64,000 nucleotides of DNA from the human T2T-CHM13v2.0 reference genome, Homo sapiens. The position numbers and the translations under genes are program-made. Location of the stretch: assembly GCF_009914755.1 (NCBI RefSeq), contig NC_060941.1; one strand, written 5' to 3'. Every line of letters begins with the position of its first letter. Position 1 is the stretch's first letter. The notes beneath the pieces are model-generated. The model did not search any database, was not told the DNA's origin, and saw nothing but the letters and a program-made list of their open reading frames with translations. Shown here in pieces: positions 13,860-34,459 of the stretch.

Positions 13860-15065
13860 TTCACCTGTCATCTCATCATCTCTAGATGGGATTACTATTA
13901 GCCTTCTAAATGGTCTGTTCCACGCTTACCCTTTATCACCCAATCTATTCTCTATTCAGCAATGTTAGTTCTTTTTTTTTTTTTTTTTTTTTTTTGAGAT
14001 GGAGTCTTGCTCTGTTCCCCAGCCTGGAGTGCAGTGGTGCGATCTCGGTTCACTGCAACCTCCGCTCCCGGGTTCACGCCATTCTCCTGCCTCAGCCTCC
14101 CGAGTAGCTGGGACTACAGGCGCCTGCCACCATGCCCGGATAATTTTTTTTTGTATTTTTAGTAGAGATGGGGTTTCACAGTGTTAGCCAGGATGGTCTC
14201 AATCTCCTGACCTCATGATCCGCCCGCCTCGGCCTCCCAAAGTGCTGGGATTACAGGCGTAAGCCACCGTGCCTGGCCCAAACGGGGTTTCACCCCATGT
14301 TGGCCAGGATGGTCTCGATCTCTTGACCTCGTGTTCCGCCCGCCTTGGCCTCCCAAAGTGCTGGGATTACAGACGTGAGCCACTGCGCCCGGCCAATTCT
14401 GTTAACTGAAAGTCAGAGCAGCTTAAATATCTCTAATGACTTTCCATCTAAGAATAAAATACAAAATCCTAACATGGACCCCAAGGCCCTCCATGATCTA
14501 TTACTACTGGTTCTCTGACCTCACCTTCTGACCTACCCTGCCCTCTCTTGCTGACTTACTTCCAGCCACCATGGTCTCACCATGGTTTCCCTGCAGTTCC
14601 TTCAACGAGCCAAACACGCTACCGCTTTAGGACTTTGTCCTTACCATTCCCTCTGCCTGGAATGTTCTTGCCCCAGATGTCTACTTATTTTTCTAGCTCC
14701 CTCACTTCATTCAGGTTTCTGCTTAAATGTCACTTCTTAAGGGGAGGGCTTCTTTGACCTCCATGTCTAAAACAGTATCCTTATTTCCCTCATTTTTTTC
14801 TTTTAAAATCTATCCTGAGACCCTGAACTCAACAATTCCTCCCACACAATTAACCCCAGGCACGTGGCCCTTCCTGTTGTTAACTCCTCTATTTCCCTCA
14901 CTTTTTACCACCATCATTACCACCTGTTTTACGTCCATCTCTCTCCACCCCACTAGGATATAAACTCAGTAAGAACAGACCCTTGGTTCGTTTTGTTCAT
15001 TATTATATCTAGAAAAGCATCATCTACTAACACTTACGAGGCTCTCCATAAGTAACTGTTGACCA
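13860..15065 (+). mobile_element. L2 3' region, interrupted by Alu at 13971-14394
   Basis: agaataaaatacaaaatcct...aaggccctccatgatct...ttccctctgcctggaatgttctt...ctccctcacttcattcaggt...aaatgtcac, typical of the L2 3' end. Confidence 0.8.
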
Positions 15066-15153
15066 TATAAAAGGCAGATTGTTATTAATTTTTTGAGGTT
15101 GTCATTTAATCTACATATGTCAATCTATTAATGATGGCAGAGCCCAGGACTGA

Positions 15154-15384
<231 letters not shown>

Positions 15385-15737
15385 TGAGACAGAGTCTTGC
15401 TCTCTCACCCAGGCTGGAGTGCGGTGGCGCCTTCTCGGCGGCTACAATGCTCCGCCTCCTGGGTTCCCGCCATTCTCCTGCCTCAGCCTCCAGAGTAGCT
15501 GGGACTACAGGCGCCCGCCATCATGCCCGGCTAATTTTTTGTATTTTTAGTAGAGACAGGGTTTCACTGTGTTAGCCAGGATGGTCATGATCTCCTGACC
15601 CCGTGATCTGCCCGCCTCAGCCTCCCAAAGTGCTGGGATTACGGCGTGAACCACAGTGTTGGGCCATATCAGTTTCCATTTTGAATAGTACATTCAGAAG
15701 GTTCTAAGGGTCACAATGTCTATGATTAAGAGGCAAT

Positions 15738-15823
15738 TATATATATATATGTGTGTGTGTATAAATATGTGTGTGTATATATATGTGTGTGTATATATAT
15801 ATTTTTTTTCTTTTTTTTTTTTT
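15738..15823. repeat. Compound (TA)/(TG) microsatellite plus T run
   Basis: Read directly. Confidence 0.9.
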
Positions 15824-16215
15824 AAAGGAGAGGGTGCAATGATGCTCCCTAGCTAGTAAGAGTCCCATCTTGGCCTTCTAAGGGAAAGATAGGTAAATGA
15901 AAAGACTGCTAAATCCAAGGTCAGACAGCATATAGAAGGCTTTATAAAAGAACAGGAAAACTCAGAACACTAAATAAGAGAGTGCTTTCTTGGACTCTGC
16001 AGTTGGCCTCAATCATCGGATCTGGAATATTACTTTTTACGATTTTGGAAGCCGATACACACCTGTAAGTAATAACTGAGGAAGGTAGAGTATGATTAGT
16101 CTTTTTACCTTTCAGTGTGTATCAATGTTAAGTGAACAAGAGCAAAAGGAAAACCATATATTTAGTATTTTGCAACATATATAAAATAACAACACTGGCT
16201 GGGCGTGGTGGCTCA

Positions 16216-16500
<285 letters not shown>

Positions 16501-17436
16501 CTACTATCTGAGGGCAATTTTTTGTCTTTATACTTTGGCATGTATATTATTTCTACAAATAATTTTAAAGGCCAGGTGCGGTGGCTCACGCCTGTAATCT
16601 CAGCACTTTGGGAGGCCGAGGTGGGCGGATCACGAGGTCAGGAGATCGAGACTATCCTGGCTAACACAGTGAAACCCTGTCTCTACTAAAAAATACAAAA
16701 AATTAGCCAGGTGTTTGGTGGCGGGCACCTGCAGTCCCAGCTACTCAGGAGTCTGAGGCAGGAGAATGGCATGAACCCGGGAGGCGGAGCTTGCAGTGAG
16801 CCAAGATGGCGCCACTGAGCTCCAGCCTGGGCAACAGAGCGAGACTATGTCTCAAAATAGTAATAATAATAATTTTAAAATAAGGGGGAAAAAATCACTG
16901 ATAAACCAAAAACCTCAACCTTAAGAAACGTTCACATCTGTATAGCTAATACTCTGACGATGGGGATACAAAAACACCTTCACTCAGTGGTCTTGCAGAT
17001 ATCATTTTTTTCCCAGTATTTTTTGGAAAGAACCAATCTTTGTCTTTTTTTCTCCTTCTTCAGGGAACTTTATGAATCCAGAAAGAGCCAACGTTTGAAT
17101 GATTACTGCAATCTCACATCTATTAAATCCTGATACCTGCAACCAAGAGATGAGTAGGAGATGTGGATCCTAAGAGGTGACCTGTAACATACTGCCCCTC
17201 AAACCACATCTTTGGATTTCAATAGAAAGAACAGAGAGAGGCCGGTCGCGGTGGCTCATGCCTGTAATCCCAGCACTTTGGGAGGCCGAGGCGGGCGGAT
17301 CACGAGGTCAAGAGATCGAGACCATCCTGGCTAACACAGTGAAACCCCATCTCTACTAAAAAAAAATACAAAAAAAAAAAAAAAAAGAACAGAGAGAATT
17401 AAACCAGCTAGGGCCACACGCGGTGGCTCATGTCTA

Positions 17437-17715
<279 letters not shown>

Positions 17716-18431
17716 CTAAACTATGGCAAAGAGGCATTAATGAATTTATTGATAGCAAACAAAGAAGTAAAGATAAGAGGTGAATTCAGCAGACTCCAGA
17801 AAGTCAACTTTTGGTTTGGGCAGGAAGGAGTGAACCAGTAAGAAACAGAGCTTGAGGTCCTCCGTGATTACAGTCCCAAGAAGAAACTTCCACAAGTCTA
17901 GAATACTCTAGAGCTCTCACTGGCATGAAACGAACTGCTAAGATTACAGTCCATAATTTGTGATCCTTGCTTTAAGAATTCTGGGATCCAGGGCAGGTGC
18001 GGTGGCTCATGCCTGTAATCCCCAGCACTTTGGGAGGCCAAGACGGGTGGATTACCTGAGGTCAGGAGTTCAGGACCAGACTGGCCAACGTGGTGAAACC
18101 CCATCTCTACTAAAAAAAAATACAAAAAATTAGCCGGGCGTGGTGGTGGGTGCCTGTAATCCCAGCTACTCGATAGGCTGAGACAGAATTGCTTGAACCT
18201 GGGAGGTGGAGGTTGCAATGAGCTTAGATCACATCATTGCACTCCAACCTGGGCAATAAGAGTGAAACTCTGTCTCAAAAAAAAAAAAAAAAAAAAAAAG
18301 AATTCTGGGATCCAATCAGGCACATTGGCTCACGCCTGTAATCCAAGCACTTTGGGAGGCCAAGGTGGGAGGATCACATTAGGTCAGGAGTTTGAGACCA
18401 GCCTGGCCAACATGGCAAAACCCCATCTCTA

Positions 18432-18626
<195 letters not shown>

Positions 18627-19529
18627 TCATCCTTTCCAGAAGACTTCCTCCAGTACTAAGAAAGTCCACAAGCCCCTTGACCAGTTTCACTGACGTCAAG
18701 AAACAGATCCTGCTAGGGTAGAAAAGGTACGGAATGAGCTCAGACTGTGGCAAGGTCATGAGGGTTGTGATGAAACAAGAATGAAACAACCTCTCCCCAC
18801 AACATATTCTAGAAAGCAGAGATGTCAGAATAAAGGAATCCTCCAGAGGCCTGGCGGCTGAGTGGAGGCATTTTATTTAAAAGCTTCAAACTACCCACAC
18901 CTTTTGATTACCATCTGGCTTTTTCTATTTTTCTTTTGTTTTCTTTTTTTTTTTTTTTCCTGGACAGAATTGACTGGGGTCTGACTTTTTCTTAAATGTA
19001 AATTCCAATATAATTTTACAGCTGGTATTTCCAGAATTAGATCCAGAAATCAACACTAGCACTACTCTCTGAAAGTGTTTCAGAATGCAACTCTTAACTG
19101 CTGAAGAGAATCAAGTAGTAACCTGGAGCAGGCCAAATGAGTTACAGACATTACAGAGAAAGATCGATCACTTTGGCAGAGCCTCTCTGTGAGCTTTAGC
19201 TAGTTTTCCTAACGCCAGCTGGTATGCTACGTTAGCTACCCAAGGCAGGGGGACTATGGTATCACAGTGACCACAGAACTAAGCTTTTCCAACTCTCCTG
19301 GGGCACCTGCACAAGTGCTAGCATTTCCCAGACTACCTCTAATTAAGGAACAAACCTTTTTCCCTACTGGAAAATTCAAAAGTGCTTTCATCTCTGCTCC
19401 CTGCCCCCGACCAGAAGAGGTTTTATTAGAGTTCTGATGTCACACTCTCTGCTTTCCTGGGTGGCATCTGAAAAAGGACCACCTGTGCCTTCAGGGTAGA
19501 TTTGTGCCAGTGAGAAAACCTCAGCTTCA

Positions 19530-19751
<222 letters not shown>

Positions 19752-19767
19752 TTAAATAAATAAATAA

Positions 19768-20160
<393 letters not shown>

Positions 20161-20574
20161 TGATCTCTAGAGAGCTCACTTCCCAGCATAGCCTCGCCAC
20201 TCACAATCTAGTGTCTTTCAGTACTTCATTAGTTCTCTTCTGCCTTCCTTTCACTGCCTTCAAAAAAAAAAAAAAACACAGACAAAAAACAACAGCTCCC
20301 CTAGCCCCCAAAAACCCAGGGTGGCCAGCCCAGCTTCTGATTCATGCTGTGGCTCAAAAATGAAGTTTACACACTTGAATTAAAAAGTAAAATTGGAGGT
20401 CGTGCGTGGTGGCTCACACCTGGAATCCCCAGCACTTCGGGAGGCTGAGGTGCGTGGATCACTTGAGGTCAGGAGTTCGTGACCAGCCTGGCCAACATGG
20501 TGAAGCTCCGTCTCTACTAAAAATACAAAAATTAGCCGGGCATGGTGGCTCGAGACTATAGTCCCAGCTACTCA

Positions 20575-20958
<384 letters not shown>

Positions 20959-22890
20959 TCAGGAGATCAAGACCATCCTGGCTAACATGGTGAAACCCTG
21001 TCCCTACTAAAAATCCAATAACAAAAATTAGCTGGGCATGGTGGCAGGCGCCTATAGTCCCAGCTACTCGGGAGGCTGAGGCAGGAGAATGGTGTGAACC
21101 CAGGAAGCAGAGTTGCAATGAGGCGAGATCACGCCACTGCACTCCAGCCTGGGCAACAGAGCGAGACTCCGTCTCAAAAAAAAAAAAAAAAAAAAAGTCA
21201 TTGCCAATATCTGATTCTTCTCATCCATGAGCCAAAGGCTTACCTAAAAAGACTTTTTTTTTTTTTTTTTTTTTGAGACAGGGTCTCACTCTGTCACTCA
21301 GGCTGGAGTACAGTGGCACAAACACGGCTCACTGTAGTCTCAACCTCCCGGGCTCAAGCAATCCTCCTGCTTCAGCCTCGTGTGTAGCTGGGACCAGGGG
21401 CATGCCACCACCTGGTTAATTTTTAAAAATTTTTTTGAAGAGATGGGGTCTCACTTTGTTGCCCAGGCTGCTGCTGAACTCCTGCTGAAGCAATCTTCTG
21501 GCCTCAAGTGGCCTCCCAAAGTGCTGAGATTACAGGTATGAGCCTCGGTGCCAGCCAAAAGACTCCTTTTGATAATCAAGGGGAAAGTTTTATCCTACAC
21601 TGCTCCCTATTCCGTTACTCCTGGGTTCCAAGAAATGTAGCTTAAACCTAAGGGAGACACCAAAATGCTGCTCTGGGAAAAATAAGCAGTACCAAAGACT
21701 TCAAAAATTACAAGTTTATCAAATCAGACTCTGCAAAATCAGTCATCTTTATGGTCTGTTACAATGAAACAATCCATTCAACAGGTAATTTTGTTAGCCC
21801 AAATAACTAAGAATCTCCCAACTAGTACATTTCACTATATGACTGACCTGAATAATGTTTAGCCATTGCTCAAAGGCCTTTTTCTTCTCCATCTTTAACT
21901 CAATAGGGGACCGTAAAGTCACTTGCAATTGTGACCTCACAACTCTAGGCTAGAGGAAACAGCAAGGAAGAGAGATGGGTATTTACTCTAGACTTACTCT
22001 CCTGAAAATCTAGAAATATATCTGCCACAAACCATCTTCATGCTGCTGAACACATGTGGCTCAAGGCATTTGGAAACCTGCTTCTAAACTATACCCTTAG
22101 AACCTGTCACAACAGGTCCTCTTCCCATCCTGTTTCCTGTCCCCACCCTGATTCCCCCAAAGGTACTATTTATACCACTGCTCTCTTTGGCAAGGATACT
22201 CTGTCCGGGATCTACTTATTATTACTTAACTCATCTCTGATCCAGAGTTTTCTCTTGAATTCTTTATTATTCAGGTACCAGGGAAGTATTCTCCCTGCAT
22301 ATTCTAACTTTTCAATTTGAGTGTGACCTTCCTAAGACCACAGCCTGTCTCCTAATCATCCTTCCATGTTACAGAGTCAGGGGCAAGATTATTCAGACAA
22401 TAAATGTTTAATAACTTTTACTGGCTCACATTCCTGAAGGATAGCACATACTTTAATTCCAGGCTCCGAAAATTTGTGGTACATGGATAATACAAGTGTT
22501 AACAACTGTGTGTGTATGTGTGTGTGTACAGGTAACTTTACTAGGGGAGTGAGAGGAAAGAGGAGATAAAAATGCCTGGTACTTTTTTTTTTTTCTTCAG
22601 TTTTTTGAGACAAGGTCTCACTTAGGTGGTCCAGGCTGGAGTGTGGTGGCTTAATCTTGGCTCACTGTAGCCTTGACTTCCTGGGTTCAGGTGATCCTCC
22701 AACTTCAGCCTCCTGAGTAGCTGGGACTGCAGGCATGAGCTACCATGCCTGGCTAATTTTTTGTATTTTTAGTAGTGACAGGGTTTCATCATGTTGCCCA
22801 GGCTGGACTTTTTTTTTTTTTTTTTTTTTTAAGCCTGGGCACTACTTCTGCACTGTATTGAAAAGTATTATTTGGCCTCTGTGTTTTTGC

Positions 22891-23248
22891 TTTTTTATTT
22901 TACTGTAAGTTCTGGGATACATGTGCAGAACGTGCAGGTTTGTTACATAGGTATACATGTGCCATGGTAGTTTGCTGCACCTATCAACCTGTCATCTAGG
23001 TTTTAAGCCCCAGATATGCATTAGTATTTGTCCTAATGCTCTCCCTCCCCTTACCCTCCACCCACCGACAGGTCCTGGTATATGATGTTCCCCTATGTCC
23101 ATGTGTTCTCACTGTTCAGCTCCCACTTATGAGTGAGAACATGCGGTGTTTGGTTTTCTGTTCCTGTGTTAGTTTGCTGAGAATGATGGTTTCCTGCTTC
23201 GTTCATGTCCCTGCAAAGGACATGAACTCATTCTTTTTTATGGCTGCA
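22891..23248 (-). mobile_element. 5'-truncated L1PA 3' end
   Basis: Typical L1PA 3'UTR (gggatacatgtgcagaacgtgcaggtttgttacatagg...cccacttatgagtgagaacatgcggtgtttgg). TSD ggc(c/t)tctgtgtttt at 22874-22887 and 23249-23262. Confidence 0.9.
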
Positions 23249-23482
23249 GGCTTCTGTGTTTTAATGTTTTAATTCCTATTAAGTAAAAATGAGTGTTCCC
23301 CCCACCCCCGCTTTTTTTTTTTTGAGACAGGGCCTCCTTCTGTCACCCAGACTGGAATATGGTGGTGTGATCTTGGTTCACTGAAACCTCCACCTCCTGG
23401 GCTCAGGCAATCCTTGCACCTCAGCTTCCTGAGTAGCTGGGACTACAGGCGCATGTCATCATGCCTAGCTAATTTTTTTTTT

Positions 23483-23565
<83 letters not shown>

Positions 23566-23566
23566 G
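23483..23566. repeat. Compound microsatellite (TG)n(TA)n(T)n in an Alu middle A-rich linker
   Basis: Read directly. Confidence 0.95.
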
Positions 23567-23896
23567 GTAGAAGTGGGGTTTTGCCATGTTGCCCAGCCTG
23601 GTCTTGAACTCCGAACTCAAGTGATCCACCCACCTCAGCCTCCCAAAGTGCTGGGATTATAGGTGTGAACCACCTCACCAAGCCAATTTTTCATTACGTT
23701 ATATAATAGACTTGAGGTTTCAAAGCTCTATCAGGACTGGATCGCTGTAACTTGAGCTGAACTACCTTAGAAAGGTAGAGTGACCACTGCATTTAATCAC
23801 ATTCATAATTCTAAGCAGAGTTGTCAGACTGAGTAGAATTTTGCTCATAAGTACCTGGATCTATGCTCAGCAAGGCAATGAAAACATCAAGAGACC

Positions 23897-26795
<2,899 letters not shown>

Positions 26796-26799
26796 TTTA

Positions 26800-26868
26800 C
26801 AGGCATGCCCCATTTCAGTCAACACTAGACTGCACATACAATGGCAGTCCCATAAGATCAAAATATCG
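26800..26868 (+). mobile_element. Tigger3/MER7-like DNA transposon end fragment
   Basis: ta-caggcatgc...tttcagtcaacactagactgcacatacaatggcagtcccataagat resembles the Tigger3 terminus as recalled. Confidence 0.55.
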
Positions 26869-27174
26869 AGGGGCCAGGCATGCTGGCTCACACTTGTAAT
26901 TCCAGCACTTGGGAGCCTGAGATGGTAGGATCACTTGAGACCAGGAATTTGAGACCAGCCAGGACAACACAGAGACCCCATCTCTACAAAAAATAAATAA
27001 TTAGCTGGGTGTGTTGGCACATGCCTGTGGTCCCAGCTGCTCGGGAGGCTAAGGCAGGAGGATCACTTAGGCTCAGGAGCTCGAGGTTGCAGTGAGTTAT
27101 GAATGCACCACTGCACTCCAGCCTGGGTGACACAGTGAGACCCTGTCTTAAAAAAATAAATAAATAAAATAAAA

Positions 27175-27540
27175 TCTAATTTAGGGAAATAATCAAAGAT
27201 GTGAAAAAAGATTTACAGGAAATTCTCTTCACTGCAGTGCTGTTCATAATTATTTAAAAACTGGAAATAATCTAAATGGATTATGGAATCTAAATAACTC
27301 CCAAAGGAGGAAAATGGTTACATAAATTTTGTGGTATTCATCTAATAACATTAGCATGAGCCTCCTAATATGTTAATATTGTTAAAGGATATCTAAAGAT
27401 AAACAAAAATGCTTATAATATGAATGCTGGGTATGTAAATATGGTATAACAAGAATTTTTAAAAATTATATGCACACAAAAATTATGAAGTCACTTGTAT
27501 TTGATCATCAAATGCATTACAGCATTTGTGGGGATAAATT
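27175..27540 (+). mobile_element. Ancient L1 (L1ME-like) 3' fragment
   Basis: A-rich ggaaataatcaaagatgtg...ttcactgcagtgctgttcataat...aaaactggaaataatctaaatg pattern. Confidence 0.5.
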
Positions 27541-27746
27541 CTCATTCTTGCTGGGCACAGTGACATATACCTGTAATCCCAGCTACTTGGGAGGCTGCAG
27601 TGGGAAGATCACTTGAGCCCAGGAGTTTGTGTCCACTCTGTGCAACTATCAAAACCCTGTCTCTTTAAAAAACGAACAAACTCGGCCGGGCGCGGTGGCT
27701 CACGGCTGTAATCCCAGCACTTTGGGAGGCCGAGGCAGGCGGATCA

Positions 27747-28007
<261 letters not shown>

Positions 28008-28239
28008 TTAGGATAACATACAAATTAGTTTCTCCTAATTTGGATTACAGAAACATAAAATTGACAGAGCCAGGAAGTAACCCAGGAAAAAGATGTGGTA
28101 GCAAGGACAAGTCATTCTTGGAGAAGTTTTCAAAAGGGGAATATCCACGGGTAAATGTCAACTGAAGCTCAGATCACCTCAAGAAACCTGAGATTAACAA
28201 AAAGGCACTACACAGAAGTGGGTAAGAGAACACTGGAAG

Positions 28240-29010
<771 letters not shown>

Positions 29011-29869
29011 CTCTTGTGGGGCACAGTGGCTCACATCTGTAATCCCAGCTACTCAGGAGGCTGAGGTAGGAAGACTGCTTGAGGCCAGGAATTTAAGACC
29101 AGCATGGGCAACGCAGTAAAATTCCAACTCTTTAAAAACTTTTAAAAAATTAGCCAAGTGTGGTGGCATAAACTTATAGTCCCAACGACTTAGGAGGCTG
29201 AGAGGACAGAATTGCTGGAGCTCAGGAGCCTGAGCTTGCAGTGTGCCATAGTGACACCTGTGAATATCCACTGTACTCCAGCCTGGGCAACAACAGAGTA
29301 AGATCCCCTCTCTTAAAAAAAAAAAAAAAAAAAAAGGCAATAATCATTACTATTACTTTTCACTGGGCGCGGTGGCTCACGCCTGTAATCCCAGCACTCT
29401 GGGAGGCTGAGGTGGGCGGATCAGGAGATCGAGACCATCCTGGCTAACACAATGAAACCCCGTCTCTACTAAAAATACAAAAAATTAGCTGGGCGTGGTG
29501 GCAGGGACCTGTAATCAAAGCTACTCAGGAGGCTGAGGCAGGAGAATTGCTTGAACCCAGGAGATGGAGGTTGCAGTGAGCTGCTCTGTCACCCAGGCTT
29601 CAATATCCAATGGCGTGAAACACGGCTCATTGAAGCCTCAACCTCCCGGGCTCAAGTGATCCTCCCACCTCAGCCTTCTGAGTAGGTGGGACTACAGGTG
29701 TGAGCCACCATGCCCAGCTATTTTTTTTTTTTTCCTTTATGTAGAGATGGGGTCTCACTATGTTTCCCAGGCTGGTCTTAAACTCGTGGACTCAAATGAT
29801 TCTCCCACCTCAGTCTCCCAAAGTGCTGGGTTTATAGGTATGAGCCACTGTGCCCAGCCTTAATTTGAA

Positions 29870-30030
29870 ATTTAAAACAATCCTAATCTAGATGGAACAA
29901 GTATTATTCTCTTTCTACAGATAAGGAAACCCAGGCTCAGAAAGATTAAGTAACTTGTTCTGTGATATAAAGCTGGGTCAGTGGATCTGGTATTGAATCT
30001 CTGTCTTAGTTCCTAGACATGTGATCATTC
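29870..30030. mobile_element. MIR
   Basis: tattattctctttctacagataaggaaacccaggctcagaaagattaagtaacttg core. Confidence 0.7.
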
Positions 30031-30269
30031 CATTAAATATTTTCCAATCTGCAGGCTGTGACCAGCCTTTTAAAAGTGTTGAATTTAAAATGCCACAAAA
30101 TAATAGTAAGCATACTTATTTTTTCATGACTGTTATCTATATTCTATGTGTGTGTTTACTGAGATGCAATCTTTATCGTGGGCATAGATAAAATGTCTGA
30201 AAAACATTGAACGGTTCCATAGCTGCCTCTCTAGTCAATGTTTAACAAGCACATATTATATCCCTCTGA

Positions 30270-30520
<251 letters not shown>

Positions 30521-32609
30521 TGAGACAAAGTTTCACTCTTGTAGCCTAGGCTGGAGTGCAATGACGCAATCTCGCAATCTCAGCTTACTGCAACTCCATC
30601 TCCCAGGTTCAAACGATTCTCCTGCCTCAGCCTCCCGAGTAGCTGGGACTACAGGTGCCTGCCACCATGCCCTGCTAATTTTTTTGTATTTTTAGTAGAG
30701 ACGGGGTTTCACCATGTTAGCCAGGATGGTCTCGATCTCCTCTCCGCCTGCCTTGGCCTCCCAAAGTGCTGGGATTACAGGTGTGAGGCACCACACCCAG
30801 CTAATTTTTGTATTTTTAGTAGAGACGGGGTTTCACCTTGTTGGCCAGGATGGTCTCGATCTCCTCACCTCGTGATCTATCCACCTCGGCCTCCCAAAGT
30901 GCTGGGATTACAGGTGTGAGCCACCACACCCGGCCATAGGTTTTGTTTTTTTTTTTAAGTGTGCATGTAATTACTGACTTCCTAATGAATTGGAGGAATC
31001 ACCTCTCCTAGGCCAACACTTTGCAATGTAACTCATTCTTATGCTTTGGCTAGCCTAACACTTTGAAATCAATTCATAGTGAAAATCCTTTCAAAGTGAA
31101 GGATAAGACAGCAACTATAAGCAAGGTAAATCCGCTGGGAAAATGACTATACATAGGCAAAGGAAAGCTTGAAGTGGTCAGACTTTTATTCCCCCAGGGG
31201 AGAGCTGTATTATTCACACAGAGTAAACTGTATCAAAACACAATACAACTAATGATGGAATAGTTACCTCTCATTCTCAAGCAATCCTAGCACAGAAAAC
31301 CCTTCCCCTTGTATCCTCATTCTCTCCCTGAATGTAAGAAGTAAACCCTGACTTTAAGCCTACTCTCAACTCATACCTTTCCTAAGTCAGTTTTCATTTG
31401 GACACTTGTGCTGTGACATCTTTTGGAAGCTGGGCATCATACAGCCCGCCCAGGTCTCTAGCAGGAAGCATCTCCCTGCTCCCTATATTATTTTGAATTT
31501 TCTGGGAAAAACGATTTCACATGTGTACTTGGCCATGTACCCACTATGTATCCATTTGGTCTGACAACTTCTTAGAACTAGTTCTCTGTGCACAACGCCT
31601 TGCCATACATTGCTAGTGAAGAGTTTCAGAAAGGACAGTAAATTCAGGGCAGGGAGAATGAAGTTTTACTTATAGCTAACACACTGCCCTTCACTGTATT
31701 TTTTTTTTTTTTTTTTTTTTTTGAGACAGAGTCTCGCTCTGTCGCCCAGCCTGGAGTGCAGTGGCGCGATCTCGAGTGCAGTGGTGCGATCTCCGCTCAC
31801 GGCAACCTCCACCTCCTGGGTTCACGCCATTCTCCTGCCTCAGCCTCCTGAGTAGTTGAGACTACAGGCGCCCGCAACCACGCCCAGCTAATTTTTTTGT
31901 ATTTTTAGTAGAGACGGGGTTTCACCATGTTAGCCAGGATGGTCTGATCTCCTGACCTCGTGATCCACCCTCCTCGGCCTCCCAAAGTGCTGGGATTACA
32001 GGCGTGAGCCACCATGCCCAGCCCCCACTGTATCTTCTATTCTTCTGTTATCTAGGGCTAGTTTCCCAATCTTGCCAAGGCAGATTATAAGGTAATACAG
32101 AAAGACAAGTTTGATACATTAATGCATTCTATTCCCTTTAGGCCCTTCCTTCTCCTCCCCCAGCCTGAGTATGGACCATGAGGAATCCTGATATGTAATA
32201 ACCTTTGTCAAAGGCTTCTATATAGCCTTAGTGAAAATCAAAGCACTTACATTGCTTGTCACTGAGACTCACTATAACTTGAAGATTTATGGTTCACGCT
32301 CCACATGTCCAAGGAATTAGCAGGTTTCTGAAGCTAAAGGGTCTCTGAAAGCTCAAGAGGCTGCTAAGCCTTAAAGGGGCCCAAGAATTGAAAGCTTAAA
32401 GGAAGAGGTGGAGCACCCCCTTCCACACCTGGCAGACCACAACTAGCTAATGAAATTTGCAATGCTGGGTCAATCTACAGGAAGGAAAAACAGATATACA
32501 GTCCCTGTTAGAATAATACTTTCATAGCTAGGGTAAACACACAGATAAAGATTCTGAAATTCACTTTAGGAAGCTTCCTCATTTCAGGAACTGTCTGCAA
32601 AACAAATAA

Positions 32610-32809
<200 letters not shown>

Positions 32810-32865
32810 TAGTAGAGATGGGGTTTCTCCATGTTGGTCAGGCTAGTTTTGAACTCCCAACCTCA

Positions 32866-32985
<120 letters not shown>

Positions 32986-34459
32986 TCAGCAGAATTATTT
33001 GGCTCCCTTCTGTGGACCTGAGAAATTCAAAAGTCATTCAGAATTGCTTTTTTGTTTGTTTTTGACACAAGGTCTCACCCTGTCATCCAGGCTGGAGTAT
33101 GGTGGTGCAATCATAGCTCACTGCAACCTTGAACTTCTAGGCTTAACGGATCTTCTTGCCTCAGCTTCCTGAGTAGCTGGGATTATAGGTGCACACCATT
33201 GCATGTGGCTAATTTTTTTGTTTTTTATAGAGACAGGTTTTTGCCATGTTGCCCAGGCTGGTCTGGAACTCATGAGCTCAGGCAATCTGCCTGCCTCGGC
33301 CTCCCAAAGTGCTGGGATTACAGGCATGAGCCACCGCGTCCGGCCTCAGTATTGTTATTTATCAAAGTGTGTGACTGCTTCTAACCTGTCAAATATGCAT
33401 CTTATACTACATATTAAGTCCCACCAAACAAGTCATTTAAGTCAACATTATTTTAGCATTGAGTTAATCGGGGAGGAAAAATCCAATAAATATACATGTA
33501 ACTCTAAAGATGCCCAAATAATTGTAATTTGCCCTCCCTTTTAAAATTAATTTACTTTTGTTTTTTGAGTCAGAGTCTCACTCTGTCATCCAGGCTGGAG
33601 CGCAGTGATGCAATATTGGCTTACTATAACCACTGCCTCCCAGGTTCAAACAATTCTCCTGCCTCAGCCTCCCGAGTAGCTGGGATTACAGATGCCCGCC
33701 ACCACACCCACCTAATTTTTGTATTTTTAGTTTAGTAGAGATGGGGTTTCACCATGTTAGCCAGGCTGGTCTTGAACTCCTGATTTCAGGTGATCTGCCT
33801 GCCTGCCTCGGCCTCCCAAAGTGCTGGGATTACAGATGTAAGCCACAGCGCCCGGCCTTGCCTTTCTTTTATCTCAAAGATACCTCAAAAAAAAAAAAAA
33901 AAAAAAAACTAACACCCCCCCGACAAGTAATCTTATGGATAGTGGTAGAAAACAAAAGTTCAAAATTCTTCTATTACTGGTACACATCTTCTTCATTCTG
34001 TGTCCTTTTTTTTTTTTTTGAGATGGAGTCTCGCTCTGTTACGCAGGCTGGAGTGTGCAGTGGCGGAATCTCAGCTCATTGCAACCTCTACCTCCTGGGT
34101 TCAAGCAACTCTCTGTCTCAGCCTCATGAGTAGCTGGGATTACAGGCACCCACCACCATGCACAGCTAATTTTTTGTATTCTTAGTACACACGGGGTTTC
34201 ACCATCTTAGCCAGGCTGGTCTTGAACTCCTGAACGATCCACCTGCCTCGGCCCCCCAAATTCCTGGGGTTACAGGCGTGAGCCACTGTGCCTGGCCCAC
34301 TGTCCTCTTTAATTTCTTCTCTCTTTGGGACCTCCCTTACCAACTCAGTGTCCTTATCAACTTTTACCCAGTTCTATTAAGTCACTTCAATTGAATTAGA
34401 AATGGAAGCTACCCAAACAGAATGAGAAGAGTACTGGATGCAGTGATCACTCCCACCCA

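Noticed and set aside
31754-31794. 20-bp tandem duplication inside an AluY (similar small ones near 46945 and 59283)
   Set aside because: Ordinary slippage within a repeat; no functional implication.
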